Shown here: one piece after another, positions 19,505-29,128 of the stretch
How positions within the stretch are numbered: the first letter of the stretch is position 1
Layout of the letters: every line of letters begins with the position of its first letter
Source: an uncultured Actinomycetes bacterium
GTDB taxonomy: Bacteria > Actinomycetota > Actinomycetes > S36-B12
DNA: 38,561 nucleotides
NCBI GenBank assembly: GCA_903918595.1
Contig: CAIXFB010000301.1
Span: 1 to 38,561, forward strand
Direction: 5' to 3'
Made by a program: the position numbers and the translations under genes
Notes under the pieces: generated by a model
What the model was told of the DNA's origin: nothing
The model's input: the letters and a program-made list of their open reading frames with translations, nothing else
The model's database searches: none

Positions 19505-20314
19505 TCATCTCGCGATAAATTGTTCGAAAGCTTTCTGTATTTGTTCATCAGTCGCCGCGTGAAACCACTCAGGCAAAGACTGTGTCCAGGTCTGATCGAA
19601 TTCCATAGGTGAGGATGATTCACCCAGCAAACTTTCCGTATCAAGCGGTTTATGTCCAAGTTTCCTCCAAACGACAGTTTGGTGACGACCGGATCCGACG
19701 TAGGTGTAATACTCTAAGTCTGGATGAGCTATTGAAAGCGTCTGGACAACCTTGTACACGTCTCCCATCCACGGTCGGGGGAAAGGCAAGTTGGAAGCAA
19801 TTGCCACACGAACTGCTTCCTTTTGGCTTGGGATTGCAGAAGCAGCATCAGCAGGTACCGTGTCGTCGATGAGAATAAAGCCACGAGGTCCCAAATGTTT
19901 AAGTGCGTTAAGTAAATCCCTGTAAGTTTGAGTAAACGCGTGAAGGCCATCCAGCAGCACGGCGTCAAAAGACACTCTTTGATCCAAACGCGCGAAAAAC
20001 TGGTCTGAGGTCACGCTGTGGAATGAAAGCCCTCGTGGAAGCCGGTCCAACGCGAATACAGGGCTTGGGTCAACTCCTGTGCGCCGCTCGGCGCGCACTG
20101 ACTCCAACGTCTCGCCGTGCGCCACTCCTATTTCGAGATACGAAATACCTAGGTTCAATTTCAAGAGCTCGTTGATGCGTGCTGCGGTTGCACTACCTGT
20201 GGAAAGATCCGGATTATTGTTCAATTCCCTCAAGTGCGCTTTCCCCATCATGCGAGAAAGTTTATGTCGCAATTGTCGAACCTTATTGCGTGCGCTAGTC
20301 GAAGTAGCATCCAC
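19505..20314 (-). CDS. Class I SAM-dependent methyltransferase (Methyltransf_24-like)
   Basis: SYLEIGVAHG, GVDP, TSDQFF, FDAVLLDGLH, GFILIDDTVP, WMGDVYK; GAGGTGA SD upstream. Confidence 0.85.
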   Translation of the reverse strand: MDATSTSARNKVRQLRHKLSRMMGKAHLRELNNNPDLSTGSATAARINELLKLNLGISYLEIGVAHGETLESVRAERRTGVDPSPVFALDRLPRGLSFHSVTSDQFFARLDQRVSFDAVLLDGLHAFTQTYRDLLNALKHLGPRGFILIDDTVPADAASAIPSQKEAVRVAIASNLPFPRPWMGDVYKVVQTLSIAHPDLEYYTYVGSGRHQTVVWRKLGHKPLDTESLLGESSSPMEFDQTWTQSLPEWFHAATDEQIQKAFEQFIAR

Positions 20315-20358
20315 TTAAATCACCTCACCAAGCTAAAGAAACGACATTGAAAATTGTG

Positions 20359-21180
20359 CTACTGATTATGTCCCCACATCAACACATAATTGCTAGGGAA
20401 AGCTTCGTGGAATTCTGGCAGTATGTCTGGTTTGAGTGCTGCTGCCCACTCCTCCCGGCTCAAACGGTCAAAATCCCAACAGTCATGCATGATTAGAAAT
20501 CCACCCTTCGGATGCCTCAGGACCTTTTCAAAGCACTTGATTTGTAGTGGGTGACGTCATTCGGACAGTCCAGACATTAACAGAGTTGAATCCGGTTCAA
20601 GTTACTTGGTTCGGTCAAGAGTAATCAAATCGTGCCTTCCATTTAGTACAAGGCACTCCAAGTAACGAGCAGTTAATTTCAGTACTGGATCGAGATCGAA
20701 CATCACGTATGAATTTCCAATCCCAACGGCATCAAGCACCCGAGTCTGACCTCCATAGCCCACTTCGATCCCAGCAAGGCTTTGAATCTGCGAGATGTCA
20801 AAGTGAGTATTGATATCCGATGCGACTTTGAGATATCGAAGGGTGGTCGGACTCAATTCAACTTGACCCATCTCAGGGAGTTCAGGAGGGTTGTCTGCCA
20901 CCTTATTCTCCGCAACACGGGTGAGATGTTCTAGCCTGAGAGGCGGAATGCCCAGTGACTCTAAATGTCGAAAAATCTGCTTACCTTGCTCAACAGTGAG
21001 GTGCTCCAAGACCACCTGATATTTAGGGTCTGACCTGAAGCGATTGAACTTCCCCGCATCAGTACTTGCGCGTGCACAGAACTCTGGATAGGTACCATCG
21101 TCAGAGACGCTTCTCGCACTAGCAGTCGTAGCCGAAGCTTCATTTGACTAACGAGCCACGTTCTTCCTTAACTTGGACGT
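20359..21180 (-). pseudogene. Putative sugar O-methyltransferase pseudogene
   Basis: One frame carries SVSDDGTYPEFC...FNRFR...YQVVLEH...SPTTLRYLKV...GYGGQ...FDLDPVL.L...LSE*...GGFLIM...NYVLMWG. Stops lie at 21148-21150, 20602-20604 and about 20557. The 5' end is approximate. Confidence 0.75.
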
Positions 21181-21233
21181 CGCCTCCGAACCTATACCCG
21201 TAAGGAGACACCACCGTTAGTTCTACCGAGATC

Positions 21234-22118
21234 ATGGTCAGCCAGTGCTGGTATCCTTCTCACGTGTCATTGACAGAGATAAATCTCGTCGACTCGTATT
21301 TTGCAAACGATGACTATTGCGTTGCTGGAGTCCTTTCGGACAGTATTGTGTGGCGGCGAGGAAATCACTTAGGCACTTTGCCCACGGTTATTACGCACGA
21401 AGACATGTATCGATATAATTATCATTCTGTTCCCAAATCCAAGAGGTTCGGGCTTCTTCTTGAATCACAGAGCATCGTTCCTCGCGTGTATTCCCGTGTG
21501 AGGAAAGTTATCCCTGACTATGAGATGGTCTTCACGCACAGTGAGAAGCTTTTAGAAGACTTCGAAAATACTCGCTGGATTCCGGGTGGTGGCATTTGGA
21601 TCGGCGGGACTTATGCAGGAGGACAAATTGGAGTGATCCCGAAGTCCCTGATGGTCTCAATGCTCACTTCGAACAAGTTGCAAACTCCACTTCATCGGCG
21701 CCGGTATCTGTGGGCATTGTGGTTGGAAAGCACAAAACTCAACGTCGATGTGTACAGGCAACATTGGCGAACTAATGCAAGAATTTCTACCTACGACACT
21801 CTCCGCGATTACAGGTATTCTATCGTCATTGAAAACTTCATTGATGACCGCTACTTCACTGAGAAGTTGTTGAATTGCTTTGCTACAGGCACTGTCCCGA
21901 TTTATCTTGGCGCCCGGAATCTTGATCATTTTTTCGATCCTGGTGGCTTTATCTCCTTCAATGGCTGGCGCGATCTGAGAAGAATCATTCCCAGCCTTAG
22001 TGAGAATGACTATTTGAGCCGCTTACCTGCAATTCACGCAAATCTTAAAAAAGCTCTCGAGTTTCGGTCAATTGAGGATTACATTTTTAACAATTACTTA
22101 GAGGGTAGGTCAGGCTGA
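21234..22118 (+). CDS. GT10 family (alpha-1,3/4-fucosyltransferase-like) glycosyltransferase
   Basis: SMLTSNK, YRYSIVIEN..DDRYFTEKLLNCFATGTVPIYLG is the GT10 donor-binding motif. The likely start is GTG 21264, preceded by TATCCT plus 6 nt. Confidence 0.85.
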   Translation: MVSQCWYPSHVSLTEINLVDSYFANDDYCVAGVLSDSIVWRRGNHLGTLPTVITHEDMYRYNYHSVPKSKRFGLLLESQSIVPRVYSRVRKVIPDYEMVFTHSEKLLEDFENTRWIPGGGIWIGGTYAGGQIGVIPKSLMVSMLTSNKLQTPLHRRRYLWALWLESTKLNVDVYRQHWRTNARISTYDTLRDYRYSIVIENFIDDRYFTEKLLNCFATGTVPIYLGARNLDHFFDPGGFISFNGWRDLRRIIPSLSENDYLSRLPAIHANLKKALEFRSIEDYIFNNYLEGRSG

Positions 22119-22356
22119 AATATCTTTCAACTCAACATGCAGAATTTGCGCAATTGCGATTCCAGCCCCGGGAATGGTCACGCGGCTGTTTCACATTTAT
22201 TCGGGTGAATCCTGGATATGGTGTGCTCACTCTTCTTCAGGAAGCGTACAGTGTGAGCGCACAGCATGCTTGCGGCACGCGAACCACGAACTTGATGTGG
22301 AGAACCAACCGCGTAGCGCTGTCGAAATAGGAACTGAAAGGGAAGCGGACAGCGCC

Positions 22357-23314
22357 ATGCGAACTGGTGTGACTAGGTACATCTACACGTTTATGGACGC
22401 CCTGACTTGGATGCGACCCGCAACTAATTAAGGTTGCAGCCCAAGAGGACCGGCGGTAGAGACGACAGGTGTGGTCTTCTCAAAAGATCGACCCATACAA
22501 CTGGACGCGCTTCTCCGTTCATACAAGTTGGCAGTCACAGGTAATGCAAGATTGGAAATCATTTTCTCGGCCTCCTCAGAGCGGTACCTTGCCGCCTACG
22601 CGGAAGTGGAAGCGGCCCACGGATCAGATCAGATGACCTTCCACTCGGAGGCTACTTACGGTGCATTTCGAGGTACCCTTGAAACCGTCATGGCAGGTGT
22701 CGAGACAAAGACCATGTTTTTTGGTAGATGACATCCTGTTCATCCGCGAGTTAGACATCAGCGTTTTCGCCTCCCTTGCTTCGATCAACGTGATTCCGTC
22801 CATGAAGCTTGGCCGAAATATCACGTGGAGTTACATGTTCGGGCGTTCACAAGGTCAGCCGTCACTGAGAAAGCTTGACCTAAACGAGGATTGTGATCCG
22901 TTTGGGGAACAGCAAGATTCTGGAAACCTGTGGGTATGGCGTTGGAGGAACGGCCAATGTGACTGGGCCTACCCACTATCAGTTGACGGCAACATCTTCA
23001 TGACAGACGTGATTAGAGATTTGATAAGAGCTTGCGACTTTTCCTCACCAAATACTCTGGAGGCTGGGCTACAAGTATTTGCGGCGGAAGCCCAATTAAA
23101 TTGGGGCGTATGCTTTGATCACTCTAGGCTCGTGAACTTGCCGATCAACAAGGTTCAAGTCGATTACGAGAATCGCCATGGTTCAACACATCAGGATCTG
23201 CTCTTGGAGAAGTGGGTGAATGGCTACTACGTCGATTTACCGCTCGCCAGCGATCTGAAAATCACTAGTGTTCATACCGAGCTAGATTTGGTCTTCATGA
23301 AGCGCAGCTTGTAA
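22357..23314 (+). pseudogene. GT-A-like glycosyltransferase interrupted by a frameshift (and possibly an upstream stop)
   Basis: VVFSKDRPIQLDALLRSY (22471+) joins FLVDD...WAYPLSVDGNIF...PNTLE...NKVQ if one T is removed from the T6 run at 22717-22722. In-frame ATG 22357 is separated from it by TAA 22429-22431. Confidence 0.7.
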
Positions 23315-23415
23315 ACAGAATTTCCTGTCAATTGGTCCAGAGCACCATTGGCAGGAATGGTGCAGCGCCAGACCCTAGGTTGAGCATAATCCGCCAGTCT
23401 CATTAGTTACTTCCA

Positions 23416-24327
23416 TTGAGTTGATACCCTGCCTCTAAACGGATTCTCCTCAGTGGTGCTACTGGATTGCTTGGACAGTACCTGATCGCTTCCGCTCCTG
23501 CAGGTGCCGAGATTGTGGCACTGTCGCGTGACTCCAGCAGGCTTCCCGCTGCTGGTATCGCGCGAGCCGTGGATATTGACTTCCGTGACTCAGAGAACCT
23601 TGCTGTCCTTCTTGCAGATATCAGCCCTGACGTAATCATTCACACCGCCGCTGAGGGCAGTGTTGATGCAGTTCAAGGAAACAGCGCTGATTTCCAAGAC
23701 ATCAATGTCAAAGTTGGTGCCGATCTTGCCCGCTGGTGCCGCGACGTTGGTGCGCATTTGACTTTCGTCTCTTCCAACGCTGTCTTCGGTGGTTCATCGA
23801 CTGTATACTCTGATTACAGCCCCCTTCAATCGGTAAACGACTAGCGGCGACTTAAGGCGATGGCTGAGACTACGGTCCGCTCGATCCGGCCAAGTGCCTT
23901 CGTTCCCCGCCCCATCCTCTTGTATGGATGGCAACTTCACGGAATCCGCAGTAATCCCGTTGCTGATTGGGTCAGATCGCTGCGATTTTGATCGGGACTG
24001 CGCATAGTCAATGACGTCACCACCCAGCCGCTCGCTGCATCTGATGCGGCAATGGCCATCTGGCGTGGAGTAGGGGCGCAAACTACCGGACCGGTCAATT
24101 TAAGCGGCGGAACTTCACTGACACTCTATGAGTTTGCTCTCACAGTTGCCGAAGCCTTCAATTTGGATGCCGCTCTCATCGATCAAATATCAAGCCAAGC
24201 ACTGACAGGGCTTGCTCATCGACCGATGCAGGCGTCATTCGCTCTCAAGCGTATGATTAAACAACTGGGTTTCGAGCCCATGAGTCCGGCGATTGGTCTC
24301 CTGGCCACGCGTGAACAGGAGGTCTGA
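23416..24327 (+). pseudogene. rmlD: RmlD-like (dTDP-4-dehydrorhamnose reductase family) SDR pseudogene
   Basis: Single frame: RILLSGATGLLG...PDVIIHTAA...INV...FVSSNAVFGG...VND*RRLK.MAE...LYG...IVND...QP...NLSG...LYEFA...RP. Stops are TGA 23422, TAG 23842 (the YxxxK Tyr position) and TGA 23989. Confidence 0.85.
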
Positions 24328-24333
24328 AACCTG

Positions 24334-25188
24334 ATGTTCAGATCATCTTCTGGCAATGAGCCAACTGTCTCAGTCGTAATTCCCACCTATAACATGGAGA
24401 AGTATTTACCTCAGACACTCAAGTCCGTCAGTTCACAGACTTTGTCAAATATCGAGGTGATCGTGATTGATGATGGCTCAACCGATGGCACGGTCTCACT
24501 CATTCAACAATACTGTCTCGAGGATTCCCGAGTGAGACTTGTCAAACTGGCAAGCAACAGCAACCGTCCCGCGGTCCCCCGCAATAGGGGAATCGCGGAA
24601 TCAAGAGGAAAGTTTGTTGCGTTTCTCGATGCTGATGATTTATGGGTGCCTTGGAAACTTCAGCGTCAAGTCCAAGTGTTGGAAACCCATCCTGAACTAA
24701 CCATGGCGCATTCAGCCATGTGGATATATCCGGGTCGTAAGAGTTTAGAAACCCTGCGCCATCTCCCCAACCCAATTCACAGAAGTTCAATCACGAATTT
24801 GAAACGTTGGAATGCAGTCTCATGCTCATCTGCAATTGTGAGAAGGTGTGCATTGGTGGCTTTGGGTGGTTTTGATGAAAGTGTCGAACTCAGAGCGATT
24901 GAGGATTACCACCTCTGGTTGCGTCTTGGGATGGCTGGCCAGTTCGGGTTCATCACTGAGATTCATGGGTACTACCGAACTAATCCGTCCAGTACTTACG
25001 CCCTGGAGGACATGGCAGCTCGATTGCAGTACCTTCGGACTATTGGGCTAATTGATGCAGTTCCGGACACTCGGAGAACTCCAAGCAGGGTGCTGATTCG
25101 TGCCGCGGGCTATCCAGCATCTATCTATCGGTATGCGATCGAGGCTCCGATGCGACGAGCACTTGGGCGTTCTGCGAACGTTGCTTGA
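24334..25188 (+). CDS. GT2 glycosyltransferase
   Basis: VSVVIPTYN, VIVIDDGSTD, RNRGI, AFLDADDLW..WKL..Q, GGFDE, EDYHLWLR. Confidence 0.92.
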   Translation: MFRSSSGNEPTVSVVIPTYNMEKYLPQTLKSVSSQTLSNIEVIVIDDGSTDGTVSLIQQYCLEDSRVRLVKLASNSNRPAVPRNRGIAESRGKFVAFLDADDLWVPWKLQRQVQVLETHPELTMAHSAMWIYPGRKSLETLRHLPNPIHRSSITNLKRWNAVSCSSAIVRRCALVALGGFDESVELRAIEDYHLWLRLGMAGQFGFITEIHGYYRTNPSSTYALEDMAARLQYLRTIGLIDAVPDTRRTPSRVLIRAAGYPASIYRYAIEAPMRRALGRSANVA

Positions 25189-25274
25189 CACGGCGACTGG
25201 TGGAACTTTACAAATTGGAGTTACCCGAAGATAGTCCTTAGTTGTTCAAGTTCGATGGAAAAATTGAAAGCCAT

Positions 25275-25304
25275 TTGAGCTTTAGATGATATGAGCCCTA
25301 GTCT
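25275..25304 (+). promoter_or_regulatory. Candidate sigma70-type leaderless promoter
   Basis: TTGAGC(25275)-18 nt-TAGTCT(25299)-tatccc-GTG(25311). Confidence 0.5.
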
Positions 25305-25310
25305 TATCCC

Positions 25311-26006
25311 GTGCATACGTTGGAGATTAAGGTTCGACTTAGATCCCGGATCAGTGCCTTTAAGGACTCTGCACTGTTTTTTCTGAACCCGCCCAATTGG
25401 AATGCCTACCAATTCCAAGCGGTGCCTTTTGGTATAGAGGGATCACTCGCTTTTCATGATCTAGTGAATCGTTCCAATCAGTATTTGGAGTTCGGTTCAG
25501 GGGCCTCAACTATGGCAGTTGCGCAAACTTCAGTGCCCATGGTTGTTGTGGAGTCCGATTCACGCTTTCTCTCGACAGTGAAACGAAAGTGTCATGAAGT
25601 TCGGGAAGGATTATTGAGCAGTCGCATGGAATTTCTCCACGGAGATATTGGCCCAACAGGTCCCTGGGGAAAACCCATTTTCCCATCCGTGCCCAGGCCG
25701 AAAATCTGGAGGAACTATCCCCTTGCGCCGTGGACAGCCCTTGGCTCGGAATTTCAGTCAGACTTGATTCTGGTGGACGGACGCTTTCGGGTTGCGTGTG
25801 CTTTGGCTGTCGTCCTAAATCAGTCGGATTCCGATTGGGCTCTGCTTTTTGATGACTATGCAGACAGACCGCATTACAGGCCAATTGAGTCTTTCGCCGA
25901 ATTGGTTTCGATGCATGGCCGTATGGCGGAGTTTCGACCCAAAAAGCAGGTGTCGCGCCGCTTAGCCAGTAAGGCATTTGAAAAATTTGTTTCGGATTGG
26001 CGCTAG
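25311..26006 (+). CDS. SAM methyltransferase-like protein of glycan loci
   Basis: YLEFGSGAST, VVVESD, DIGPTGPWGKP, DLILVDGRFRVAC, LFDDY..RPHY. Confidence 0.7.
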   Translation: MHTLEIKVRLRSRISAFKDSALFFLNPPNWNAYQFQAVPFGIEGSLAFHDLVNRSNQYLEFGSGASTMAVAQTSVPMVVVESDSRFLSTVKRKCHEVREGLLSSRMEFLHGDIGPTGPWGKPIFPSVPRPKIWRNYPLAPWTALGSEFQSDLILVDGRFRVACALAVVLNQSDSDWALLFDDYADRPHYRPIESFAELVSMHGRMAEFRPKKQVSRRLASKAFEKFVSDWR

Positions 26007-26008
26007 CA

Positions 26009-27901
26009 CTACTCGAGTGATCGCAGCCACAGTTCAAGGGTTAGAAGTCTCAAGGCAATTTGATTTATGCGACCTGAATGATCCGTCGGACTGCTCATCC
26101 AAGATTGCACATACTCAGGGTTGAGTGTGGTGTTGGAAATTATTGCTTCTCCGGAGAGGGCGTCCCTGTTCGCTTGCCAAATTGCTCGAATCCATTCGCG
26201 AACAGGAGGTGTAAAGCCGCGCTTTGGGCGGTTAACAATCTCAGCAGGCAAATACTCTCGAGCAATTTCCCGTAGCCGTGATTTTGGTGGCAAGAATTGA
26301 TCCCTATTGCTTAGTCGTCCAGACAAAATAGTTGTGGTGAGATCCGCATCTGCGAGAGGAGTTCGACTCTCAATTGAGTAGGTCATTGCTAGACGATCGA
26401 CTTGTACCAGGCTATTCACACGGAGGTACGTCTCGTTGCTTGCGATGGTGTAAAAGGCACCCACCCACGCTGGATCAGCACGACCAAAAAACTCCGCTGT
26501 TTGAGGTTTTTTTGGAAGGCCAACGAGGTCTTTGACAGCCCGACTAACCGAGCGGTACCCGGGTTGAAATTCATAGAAGGGAAGCGGTGCGAGTCCTTCT
26601 CGAACGTTCTGACTCATGAACGCCCTCATTTGCGAATCCTGAATCAGTCCACCCACCGCAGTGATCCAATCAACCTGAGCCTGTCTCACCCGGGGAATGG
26701 GGCTGAACCGAGGGCGCCTCACATTTCGACCTTGCATACGGTTCTCAAGATAGTTTGAGGTCCATACGGCTAGCTGTCGTGTCCAGTCATATCCCCAGAA
26801 CAGTTCATCGCCACCTATGCCTGTCAAGAGAACTGGGACCCCCGCCGCTCTGGCAGCTTGAGGTAGAGCAGAGAGGGCTGGCCCCGCGATGTCAGATATT
26901 GGCTCATCTCGCGCCGCACACACACCAGCAAAATCACGTGCGATCTTTTCGGTATCGAGGATAGAGGTATGGCACTCAATTCCCAGATGCGCGGCTAGGC
27001 CCTGTGCAAGAGATGACTCATCTGGGCTTCTAGTCGAATACCCAATTGTGAAGGCGCTTAAGTCGGTACGTGTCTTACTTGCGATCGCAGCCACTAACGA
27101 GGAATCGAGGCCACCAGAGAGCGCAATTCCCACTGGTACATCGCTTGTACAGGTGGCCACAACGGCATTCTCGATTGCGAGTGCGATGTCGGGGTTTGAG
27201 AGCGGGCGGTTTCCTACTTCGTCGAGTGGATCCCAGTATCTGGTCTCTGAAATATCACCGTCTGCGAGCCCAATCGTTATGAAGTGTGCTGCTGGTACTT
27301 TTCGAACACCTTTGATGAGCGAATCCGGCTCTGGAGTAAAGCCATGCAGGAGGTAACGGGGTAATTGGTCGTTGTCGAGTGTTAAGGGCGCAACGCCAGC
27401 TCTTACGAAACTACTCTGTTCGCTCGACAGAAGGATGGTTTCCCCATCACTGAATAGGCAGAGAGGTTTTTCCCCCATCCGATCACGCACCAAAAGTATG
27501 TTGTCGTTTCTTCGATCAATGATCACTAGTGCAAACATTCCTCGCAAACGGATGAAAGTATCGTTGCCAAATTCTTCCATCATGTGAGGAACGACTTCTA
27601 TGTCGGATCTTGTAGCGAATGTGTGACCCTTTACCTTCAAATGTTCACGAAGGGAGCTGGCGTTGTAGATCTCCCCATTTCCAAGGACGCCCCAGCGCTG
27701 GTCCTCACTCCAAAACGGTTGCCAGCCGTGGGCTGGATCCATGATACTGAGTCGGTGCATGCCGAGCAAAGCTTGCCCATCTCGAATGTAACCTGAACCG
27801 TCTGGCCCCCGGTGCAGCAATTGTGCGCCCAGCTTTGCTAGAACATCATCATCAGCCTTCAACACTCCTCCGGGCCGAATCACACCAAATAAGCCACACA
27901 T
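26009..27901 (-). CDS. asnB: Asparagine synthase (glutamine-hydrolysing)-like amidotransferase, probably glycan-modifying
   Basis: N-terminal MCG (Ntn Cys), HRGPD, RLSIMD...QP, NGEIYN, RDRMGEKP, LSGGLDSS, TGIGGDELFWGY, ESRTP, RPKRGF. Confidence 0.9.
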   Translation of the reverse strand: MCGLFGVIRPGGVLKADDDVLAKLGAQLLHRGPDGSGYIRDGQALLGMHRLSIMDPAHGWQPFWSEDQRWGVLGNGEIYNASSLREHLKVKGHTFATRSDIEVVPHMMEEFGNDTFIRLRGMFALVIIDRRNDNILLVRDRMGEKPLCLFSDGETILLSSEQSSFVRAGVAPLTLDNDQLPRYLLHGFTPEPDSLIKGVRKVPAAHFITIGLADGDISETRYWDPLDEVGNRPLSNPDIALAIENAVVATCTSDVPVGIALSGGLDSSLVAAIASKTRTDLSAFTIGYSTRSPDESSLAQGLAAHLGIECHTSILDTEKIARDFAGVCAARDEPISDIAGPALSALPQAARAAGVPVLLTGIGGDELFWGYDWTRQLAVWTSNYLENRMQGRNVRRPRFSPIPRVRQAQVDWITAVGGLIQDSQMRAFMSQNVREGLAPLPFYEFQPGYRSVSRAVKDLVGLPKKPQTAEFFGRADPAWVGAFYTIASNETYLRVNSLVQVDRLAMTYSIESRTPLADADLTTTILSGRLSNRDQFLPPKSRLREIAREYLPAEIVNRPKRGFTPPVREWIRAIWQANRDALSGEAIISNTTLNPEYVQSWMSSPTDHSGRINQIALRLLTLELWLRSLE

Positions 27902-27904
27902 GAC

Positions 27905-29128
27905 TTAGATCCGAGAATCCAACGACGCTGAAGGAGCAACCACTTGAAATCCTGGAACGATAGCTGCAATCTCTTTCCGCAGTTCGTTTACGTTCACTTT
28001 CGAATCGGAATGATCGATCCAATAACTTATTTGACTCAGTAGCGGCTCAACGACGACGGATTCGTTGTTCCGTATGAGGCCAAGATCCTCCGTCCAACTA
28101 ACCAGTGTCTCTTCGGACTGCAGAAATTCCTCTTGCTTCTTCTCACCTGTCGTATCACGAGGAGTGCAGACGAGGGGGTACTCGTCTTGGGCATAGTTAG
28201 TTGGGGAAGTGATGGTTGGGTCTTGGTTCCATGTTTCCATTGAGATTGAGACAGGAGTTTTACCGTGGAAAGCTAAAAAGTTGCGGGCAAGGTCGATGAG
28301 GCTGATCGGCTGCACTAAGGGTGTATCGGGAATGACGATTGATCGATCTACTGCAGTGACCGCATTGGCACATATAAGTCCGGATTCCTCAGGTGTGACG
28401 AAGTATCGATAAGTATCCAGGGGCGCACTGAGCGGTTCACTCCTTGCAATTCGATCAAGCCAAGATTCCGTGATTGAACCGGAGGAGAATAAAACATTCG
28501 CAAAACGAGCGCTCGTACAATGACCCGTGTACGCCCACAACATGCTTTCCATGATCAATTTACTCGCACCCATCATGCTGGTAGGACGGGCGGCCTTGTC
28601 GGTGCTTACTGCGAAAACCTGTGGGGGGGAATCCATTTCACCAAGTGCCTCTAGAAGTAGCTTTGTTCCTCTCACATTGACATCGAGAATACGCAAAGCT
28701 GAAGCAGTGTCACGCTCAGTCCGGACATGCTTGACTGCGGCGAAATGCAACACCAAATCTAGATCTCCCATTTCGCGAATTGCACGCCGGATCAGCGGCG
28801 AAGTCACGTCAGCCAGAACCATGTAAATTTCTGTTGGATGCCCCTGGCGGCGAGTCGCGACGAGTTTTCGAGCTAAGGCCGCCAACCCGTTTTCTGAAGA
28901 ATCAAGAAGATAAATCCGCTTTGGCCCAGTCGCCAGCACATGTGGAAGCGTTGATTGGGCAATAAAACCGGCTGCACCAGTGATCAATAAAGACGAGCCT
29001 TGACAGATTCCTGTAAACTTAAGATGTTGCTCAGGACGAAGAGCAAATAAGTTGCCGTTCGGACGATTCACACAGGACGCCGACAACTTCTCGAGGTCAA
29101 CGGTATGGATAGTGTACATCAACTTCAA
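27905..29128 (-). CDS. Nucleotide-sugar 4,6-dehydratase (Polysacc_synt_2 family, UDP-GlcNAc 4,6-dehydratase-like)
   Basis: ITGAAGFIA, HFAAVKHVR, VSTDKAARPTSMMGASK, RFANVLFSSGS, RYFVT, TTGEK. The start is probably ATG 29119. Confidence 0.85.
   Translation of the reverse strand: MKLMYTIHTVDLEKLSASCVNRPNGNLFALRPEQHLKFTGICQGSSLLITGAAGFIAQSTLPHVLATGPKRIYLLDSSENGLAALARKLVATRRQGHPTEIYMVLADVTSPLIRRAIREMGDLDLVLHFAAVKHVRTERDTASALRILDVNVRGTKLLLEALGEMDSPPQVFAVSTDKAARPTSMMGASKLIMESMLWAYTGHCTSARFANVLFSSGSITESWLDRIARSEPLSAPLDTYRYFVTPEESGLICANAVTAVDRSIVIPDTPLVQPISLIDLARNFLAFHGKTPVSISMETWNQDPTITSPTNYAQDEYPLVCTPRDTTGEKKQEEFLQSEETLVSWTEDLGLIRNNESVVVEPLLSQISYWIDHSDSKVNVNELRKEIAAIVPGFQVVAPSASLDSRI

Noticed and set aside
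7508-24327. Stop-codon reassignment or readthrough as an explanation for the many in-frame stops
   Set aside because: The interruptions use TAG, TAA and TGA, occur alongside frameshifts and degenerate motifs, and all three codons end intact genes. This is ordinary pseudogenisation.
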